Virus record (IMG/VR): IMGVR_UViG_3300042344_000078 | Span: 1-62,412 of that record | Origin: a virus | Taxonomy: Duplodnaviria; Caudoviricetes | Direction: 5' to 3' (one strand) | Length of the DNA: 62,412 bases | In this document: piece by piece, positions 56,988 through 62,412 of the stretch | Position numbering within the stretch: position 1 is the stretch's first letter | Layout: every line of letters begins with the position of its first letter | Made by a program: the position numbers and the translations under genes | The notes under the pieces: generated by a model | What the model was told of the DNA's origin: nothing | The model's input: the letters and a program-made list of their open reading frames with translations, nothing else | Databases searched by the model: none

Positions 56988-57167
56988 GTGGCTGCTAAGA
57001 AGAAGCATTGGCATTTCAAAGGGGATCGCGTGAGGCTGACTGTGCGGCTTAAACGCGAACTCTACGAAGGCATAGCCAGTATGGCAGGAGACAAAACGAC
57101 GCCATTCAATTCAACAAACGACCTGATTGAAAAGGCAGTAATGCAATTCCTAAACAAGAAAGGGTAA
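56988..57167 (+). CDS. Ribbon-helix-helix (Arc/CopG-like) regulator, 59 aa, not in the ORF track
   Basis: GTG start, RBS GGAGG; RVRLTVRLKRELYEGI...STNDLIEKAVMQFL. Confidence 0.65.
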   Translation: MAAKKKHWHFKGDRVRLTVRLKRELYEGIASMAGDKTTPFNSTNDLIEKAVMQFLNKKG

Positions 57168-57171
57168 AACC

Positions 57172-57405
57172 ATGACATTCAAAGAAGCAACGCTGGACGG
57201 CAAGCGCATTGCCTATTCATCCACAACCACCTTCTTGGTGCAGGTGGGCAAAGCCAAGAGCGGATACAAAACGCGGTATTCGTTCACTGGTGATTTGCAC
57301 AAGGCTGTGGCTTACTACTGCGCCATTAACATTGGCAATGGGTATAAGAAGCGGCTGTTTTCGCCCGACATGAACAAACCCGTGCTGGCTAAAGCCTATA
57401 GCTGA
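57172..57405 (+). CDS. Early hypothetical protein
   Basis: 77-aa ORF with RBS. Confidence 0.65.
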   Translation: MTFKEATLDGKRIAYSSTTTFLVQVGKAKSGYKTRYSFTGDLHKAVAYYCAINIGNGYKKRLFSPDMNKPVLAKAYS

Positions 57406-57423
57406 CAACCAAAGGAGAGGAAA

Positions 57424-57630
57424 ATGACAACCATCAGGCCATTCTTTGAGGACAAGATTGTATTCGTCATATGGAACGATGACAGGCGCGCATGGGTCGC
57501 GGCTGAGGGAACGGGGATGTTTTACACCTCTGACCCTGACAAAACGCGGCAATTTCCAAGCCAAGCGGAAGCTGAGAAATGGGCCAAGGCCGACGGCCAA
57601 GAGACAATCCAGCGCTGGATAGGAGGCTGA
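57424..57630 (+). CDS. Early hypothetical protein
   Basis: RBS GGAGAGG. Confidence 0.65.
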   Translation: MTTIRPFFEDKIVFVIWNDDRRAWVAAEGTGMFYTSDPDKTRQFPSQAEAEKWAKADGQETIQRWIGG

Positions 57631-57631
57631 T

Positions 57632-57970
57632 ATGTTTATGCAATGCGTTGGTGCTTGTCATCAGGCGATGAGCCTTATTCGTAGCCAAGAGAAGCGTATC
57701 GCTGATTTGCGTAAAGAAGCTGACATGATGCACAGCGAATATAAAACAGCGCGTGACCGCATAAACGAATTAGAAGCCGCATTAGAGGCGCAGGCGCGAC
57801 GGATTGCGGAGTTGGAAAAGATGCTCGCCGTTCATCGTCTGGCGGTTGACGTTGACGCCTTAAAAGCCCGCATCGCGGAGTTGGAAGCGGAGAACGAAGA
57901 ACTGAAAAAGGCAATTTCTAAACCGTGGATGGGTTCTGCCCGCGCCGCTTATCTGGGAGAGAAGGAATGA
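57632..57970 (+). CDS. Alternative array gene 1' (112 aa, ends ARAAYLGEKE)
   Basis: RBS GGAGG; 3' half equals array gene 1; 5' half carries the RKEADMMHSEYKTAR module of gene 2. Confidence 0.8.
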   Translation: MFMQCVGACHQAMSLIRSQEKRIADLRKEADMMHSEYKTARDRINELEAALEAQARRIAELEKMLAVHRLAVDVDALKARIAELEAENEELKKAISKPWMGSARAAYLGEKE

Positions 57971-58266
57971 CTGACTACACCGATTTAATCGAACGGCTGC
58001 GTGGGAACGATATGCCTTGGTCTGTCAAAGACGCCGCCGACGCATTAGAGGCGCAGGCGGGGCGGATTGCTGAGTTGCGTAAAGAAGCTGACATGATGCA
58101 CAGCGAATACAAGACAGCCCGCGCCCGCATCGCGGAACTTAAAGCGGCGCTGAAGCCGTTTGCTGACAAGGCGGATAAAGCCGAAGGCCCGTTTGAGCCG
58201 CCGTATCCTGTGGACTATTCGTTATGGAGAGCCGCCCGCGCCGCTTATCTGGGAGAGAAGGAATGA
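57967..58266 (+). CDS. Array gene 2 (repeat copy)
   Basis: Copy of 2159-2458. Confidence 0.85.
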   Translation: MTDYTDLIERLRGNDMPWSVKDAADALEAQAGRIAELRKEADMMHSEYKTARARIAELKAALKPFADKADKAEGPFEPPYPVDYSLWRAARAAYLGEKE

Positions 58267-58643
58267 GTGACGACTTTATTGCGCTGCTGCGCGACGAACT
58301 TGCGGAAATGGCGTCAACCGCTTCCGTCGATATGGAATTGTGGAACAGGTTTTCAAACCGCGTTCTTAAAGCCGCAAACGTCATTGAAGAACAAGCCGTC
58401 CGCATTGAGGACATCGCAGAGAAATACAACAACGCTCTATTGTCGCCTGTTACAGAGAAGATGCTGAAAAACGCGGTTGAAGAGATTGTTCAGTTAAAGG
58501 CGGCGCTTAAGCCCTTCGTTGACATGGCAGACGAGTATGACGCCGCTTTTCCTCGGCCCTTGAATATTTGCCTTGCAGAATATCCAGAGGATTACCCTTT
58601 GTGGTGTCAAGCCCGCGCCGCTTATCTGGGAGAGAAGGAATGA
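58263..58643 (+). CDS. Array gene 3 (repeat copy)
   Basis: Copy of 2455-2835. Confidence 0.85.
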   Translation: MSDDFIALLRDELAEMASTASVDMELWNRFSNRVLKAANVIEEQAVRIEDIAEKYNNALLSPVTEKMLKNAVEEIVQLKAALKPFVDMADEYDAAFPRPLNICLAEYPEDYPLWCQARAAYLGEKE

Positions 58644-58855
58644 GTGGTTTTGGTTTCGGAAAAGGACCGCCTTTGACGGCGGAACACCAAGCGGTGCATG
58701 AAATCCGCGCTGATGAAACGCTGGCGCTACGCGCCCGCATCGCGGAACTTGAAGCGGAAGTTGCTGACTTGAACGAGTGTCTTACCCTTGCCCACATGGA
58801 CGGTTTTGAAAAAGGGCGTGACGCCGCCCGCGCCGCTTTGGGAGAAAAGGAATGA
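58640..58855 (+). CDS. Array gene 4 (repeat copy)
   Basis: Copy of 2832-3047. Confidence 0.85.
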   Translation: MSGFGFGKGPPLTAEHQAVHEIRADETLALRARIAELEAEVADLNECLTLAHMDGFEKGRDAARAALGEKE

Positions 58856-59016
58856 CTGAACCCAGATCAATAGAACTTGAACTTCGCTGGCTGCGCGCAC
58901 GTTTTAACGACGCAGAGTGGGAGCAAGATGAAGGGATGATGGCTTCACTCTCTTATCAAATCAATCGGTTGGAAATGCTACAATCCTTGGGCGAACGATT
59001 CGACGTAAATCACTGA
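58852..59016 (+). CDS. Array gene 5 (repeat copy)
   Basis: Copy of 3044-3208. Confidence 0.7.
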   Translation: MTEPRSIELELRWLRARFNDAEWEQDEGMMASLSYQINRLEMLQSLGERFDVNH

Positions 59017-59098
59017 TTTTGTTCGAACTTGACACGCTCAACGTGTTGTGCAATGATCGAACTGTGAACAAATCACACAATAACTAAGAGGCAATACC

Positions 59099-60091
59099 AT
59101 GCGACCGACTCAGTTAGAAGCTACTCTTACGGCTCTTATCTCTATCAATCGCACGACTACTATCGAAGGCGCACCCGGTGGTGGTAAGACTACCATTGTT
59201 CATGCCGTCGCCAATAAGATGGGTAAGCACTACATCGAACGGCATCTCCCTACGATGCTTGTCGAGGACTTTGGCATACCCGTTATCGGTGGCGATACGC
59301 TGACTTATAAAATCCCTGACTGGTTTCCTTCCAAGGGTTCTTCGTGGGATGATGGTAAGGGCGGTGTGCTATGCTTCGACGATAGGAACCAAGCTAATGC
59401 AGATATTCAGAAGGTGCTGGCAAACATTTGTCAGGCTCGTAATCTGCATGGTGTTCCCCTTGCTGATGGCTGGACTGTCGTTTCTACTGGCAATCGGCAG
59501 TCTGATCGTGCTGGCGCAAACCGCGTTCTTAGCCATCTGCGTAACCGTGAAACGGTTATTGAGTTGGATACTCACTTGGATGACTCGACGCAGTGGATGA
59601 TCGACAACGCCGTTAAGCCAGAGGTTATCTCATTCCTTCGCTTTCGTCCCAACCTGCTGCATGACTTCGATCCGCAGCGTGATAGCAACCCCACGCCTCG
59701 CTCTTGGGTCGAAGGTGTTAGCGCAGTGCTTGGCGTTGTGCCTTCCGAGTCTGAGTATGAGTGCTTCAAGGGCGCAGTAGGTGAAGGCGCTGCGGCTGAG
59801 TTTGTTGGCTTCATGCGTATCTTCCGCAAGCTGCCTAATCCTGACGCTATCTTGCTTAATCCAGATAAATCCGATGTGCCTTCCGATCCGGCGACACTCT
59901 ATGCCTTATCGGGCGCTCTGGCTGAACGTGCGTCGGATGCTAACTTTGCTCGTGTCTGCACATATGCCGAGCGTATGCCGCCGGAGTTTTCTGTGCTGAC
60001 CATTAGCTATGCCGCCCGCAAGAACCCATCACTGGCTTCAACCCAAGCGTTTACGACATGGGCTGTTAAGCACCAAGACGTTTTGTTCTAA
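59099..60091 (+). CDS. MoxR-like AAA+ ATPase (repeat copy)
   Basis: Identical translation to 3291-4283. Confidence 0.85.
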   Translation: MRPTQLEATLTALISINRTTTIEGAPGGGKTTIVHAVANKMGKHYIERHLPTMLVEDFGIPVIGGDTLTYKIPDWFPSKGSSWDDGKGGVLCFDDRNQANADIQKVLANICQARNLHGVPLADGWTVVSTGNRQSDRAGANRVLSHLRNRETVIELDTHLDDSTQWMIDNAVKPEVISFLRFRPNLLHDFDPQRDSNPTPRSWVEGVSAVLGVVPSESEYECFKGAVGEGAAAEFVGFMRIFRKLPNPDAILLNPDKSDVPSDPATLYALSGALAERASDANFARVCTYAERMPPEFSVLTISYAARKNPSLASTQAFTTWAVKHQDVLF

Positions 60092-60519
60092 TGGGCTATC
60101 GTTCTGATGTGGCGTTGGGGATTGCGTTCCCCAACAACGCCGCGCTGGTGTCGTTCCTAACAGCGCAGAAGCTAACAGGCACAAAGGAGATGCAGGAAGC
60201 GATTAAACAGTTTGGTGTTACGCATATGTCCGCAGCCTACAAGGAATACGTTGTGCTGTGGGTGTATGAGGAACAAGTGAAGTGGTATCCAGACTACCCA
60301 GAGGTGATGGCCTACAACCAGATCATCCAGAACGCCAAGGACTTAGACTATTCAACGATTGAAATAGAGATAGGAGAGGAAACGAATGACATAAAGTTTG
60401 AGGTTAATCACGGCGAAAAATCAGACTGTGCCTGTCTATATGACTCGTTTGATATTCGGCGTGAAATAAACCGACCTGAAAGCTGGCAAGATATATCCTC
60501 GTTTGTCAAGGAGAACTAA
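60091..60519 (+). CDS. Hypothetical protein (repeat copy)
   Basis: Identical translation to 4283-4711. Confidence 0.75.
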   Translation: MGYRSDVALGIAFPNNAALVSFLTAQKLTGTKEMQEAIKQFGVTHMSAAYKEYVVLWVYEEQVKWYPDYPEVMAYNQIIQNAKDLDYSTIEIEIGEETNDIKFEVNHGEKSDCACLYDSFDIRREINRPESWQDISSFVKEN

Positions 60520-60521
60520 CC

Positions 60522-61373
60522 ATGAACCTTAACGACCGTGCGCTGCTGGTGCAGCTTAACATTTCACAGTGGACGGCGCGCAAACATGACAAGCGCGCTA
60601 CGGAGGACGTTGCTGCGATGCACAACGCTGGCAAATCTGCTGGCCGGTATCACAAAGCGTTGCTTCCCATGAACGATTATCTGGATAACGTGCAAAAGAA
60701 AGCCACGCTGATCCGCACCCGTTACTACCAGAACACGTTGCCGTGGGCGATGGATGGCACTCAGATGCTTCCATCTGCTAATTACCTGTCGTTTATGACT
60801 GACTTCCGCAAACAGAAAGCGGAGTGGGAGTATGCCGTTGCGTTGTTTATCGACCACTACGATGACATGAAAACCATAGCCAAGCGTGTGCTTGGTTCGC
60901 TCTACTCCGAGGCTGACTACCCGTCGGAGCAAGAGATCATCCACAAATTCAAGATGGATATGGCTGTGTTTCCTGTGCCTTCCACTGACTTTCGTGTGCA
61001 GTTATCGAACGATGAACTAAACCATATTCGTGGTGACTTAGAAGCTAGGCTTGCTACTGCACAGCAAGCGGCTGTGCGTGATGTGTGGGATCGACTGTTC
61101 GACAAAGTAAAACATATTGCTGACAAGCTGGCCGATCCCAAAGCTATCTTCCGTGACAGCATGGTGGAGAACGCCAAAGAATTGTGCGAACTACTGCCAA
61201 GGTTAAACTTTACTGATGATCCGAACCTTGAGATGATGCGCGCAGAAGTGGAAGCCAAACTAATCGGCCATCATCCAGAGGCGTTGCGTAACAACCTTGA
61301 CTTGCGACACGACACTGCGTCCGAAGCGAAAGCTATCATGGATAAGATGTCTGTGTTTATGAATGGCTTATGA
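60522..61373 (+). CDS. DUF3150-like protein (repeat copy)
   Basis: Identical translation to 4714-5565. Confidence 0.6.
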   Translation: MNLNDRALLVQLNISQWTARKHDKRATEDVAAMHNAGKSAGRYHKALLPMNDYLDNVQKKATLIRTRYYQNTLPWAMDGTQMLPSANYLSFMTDFRKQKAEWEYAVALFIDHYDDMKTIAKRVLGSLYSEADYPSEQEIIHKFKMDMAVFPVPSTDFRVQLSNDELNHIRGDLEARLATAQQAAVRDVWDRLFDKVKHIADKLADPKAIFRDSMVENAKELCELLPRLNFTDDPNLEMMRAEVEAKLIGHHPEALRNNLDLRHDTASEAKAIMDKMSVFMNGL

Positions 61374-61584
61374 AATACGATAGCTGCCAGTTTGCTATTG
61401 TATAGTCTCACCTGACTTGCATGGTGATCGAGTGGGACTCGAAAACTGGGAAACGAGGAAGCACTAAGAGTCGTCGCGGCAATCGCGTAACACGCTGCGG
61501 CGACTCACTTTTCCGGCGACTTGACACGCGCCGCAACGTCGTGCATCATCGGGCTGTGAACTGAACACACAAAGGACTAAGGCA

Positions 61585-62412
61585 ATGGACTTACTCAAGC
61601 GGTTATCGAAAGCCAAGACTGGCCTAATCCTAGAGCATCCCTTCATCGGATCGGTTGCCATTAACATGCCGTTCGAACTGGACGAAACCATTGCGACTGC
61701 TGGCACCAATGGCAAGCGTGTTAGATTTAACCCTGCGTTTATTGAGAAGCTGACTGATGAGGAACTTAAATTCCTTGTCGCTCACGAGTGTCTCCATCCC
61801 ATGCTCGAACATAACTATCGCCGCAATGGACGGACTGCCAAGCGTTGGAATCAGGCGGCTGACTATGTGATTAACCAGCTTCTTGTCGATGAAAAGATTG
61901 GCAAGTTTATCGACGGCGGCTGTCTCAATCAGGCTACCTATAACGCTGGCGGTGGCACCAGTGACGGTATCTATAACATACTGCCGGAAGATAACGGCGA
62001 AGGTGGAGGTGACATCGGTGGCGCTGGCAATGATCTGGAAGATGGTGAAGGTTCACCTGCCGAACAGGAACAACAAGCCGCAGAATGGCGTGTCAAAGTT
62101 GCCCAAGCCGCGCAAGCCGCGAAGATGATGGGTAAACTGTCGGCTAACATGCAGCGTTTTGTTGACGAAGTATTGCAGCCCAAGGTTGCATGGCAGGATG
62201 TGTTGCGTCGGTTTGTGCAGAAAGCCAAGACGGATCAGCGCACGTTCGCCCGCCCCAACCGTAGGTTCTTGGCGCAGGGTTTGTATATGCCGTCCATCAC
62301 TGGCGAGGTTCTTGGTGAGATTGCCATTGCCGTTGATTGCTCTGGCTCTATCGGTCAGCGTGAACTCAATGAGTTTGCTACTGAAATCAAAGCCATGAAG
62401 GAAGATGGCAAC
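61585..62412 (+). CDS. DUF2201-like metallopeptidase/VWA (repeat copy, truncated by the window end)
   Basis: Copy of 5777-6604. Confidence 0.8.
   Translation, partial: MDLLKRLSKAKTGLILEHPFIGSVAINMPFELDETIATAGTNGKRVRFNPAFIEKLTDEELKFLVAHECLHPMLEHNYRRNGRTAKRWNQAADYVINQLLVDEKIGKFIDGGCLNQATYNAGGGTSDGIYNILPEDNGEGGGDIGGAGNDLEDGEGSPAEQEQQAAEWRVKVAQAAQAAKMMGKLSANMQRFVDEVLQPKVAWQDVLRRFVQKAKTDQRTFARPNRRFLAQGLYMPSITGEVLGEIAIAVDCSGSIGQRELNEFATEIKAMKEDGN

Larger units (their letters stand above)
1970..57777. mobile_element. One complete unit of a podovirus-like phage genome (~55,808 bp)
   Basis: Terminase, portal, scaffold, MCP, tail, lysis and replication genes are present; sequence from 1970 restarts at 57778; no tape-measure or major tail tube gene recognised; large ejection-type proteins present. 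Confidence 0.9.
57778..62412 (+). repeat. Long direct repeat, copy 2 (runs to the window end)
   Basis: Same ORF set as 1970-6604. Confidence 0.95.

Noticed and set aside
1-62412. tRNA genes, integrase/att sites, alternative genetic code
   Set aside because: No cloverleaf or T-loop context noticed by eye (a tRNAscan run would be decisive); no integrase ORF; genes are full-length and densely packed under the standard code.

Overview
Essentially a complete dsDNA tailed phage genome of podovirus-like organisation. The unit length is about 55.8 kb: 1970-6604 recurs at 57778-62412, offset 55,808. The + strand carries early and replication genes: MoxR-like AAA / DUF3150-like / HExxH-VWA module, family A DNA polymerase, dCMP deaminase, PD-(D/E)XK and VRR-NUC nucleases, SNF2 helicase and primase-DUF927. 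The - strand (21145-54303) carries virion and lysis genes: terminase, fibres, portal, scaffold, capsid, tail, lysis and ejection proteins. The first ~1.97 kb (DUF2800-like nuclease + SSB-like gene) looks like a different phage context, joined inside a shared small gene. Most striking: (1) an array of short, translationally coupled genes joined by a conserved 33-bp element (GCCCGCGCCGCTTATCTGGGAGAGAAGGAATGA) that is at once C-terminus ARAAYLGEKE, RBS, stop and next start; the genes are mosaics of interchangeable, nucleotide-identical modules, suggesting a recombination-shuffled cassette system; (2) a 58-aa basic phage protein gene with a perfect RBS nested in an alternative frame inside the 2141-aa ejection protein gene. 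No integrase, RNA polymerase, tRNA, CRISPR array or reverse transcriptase was recognised. Family names come from motif recognition by eye, not database searches.
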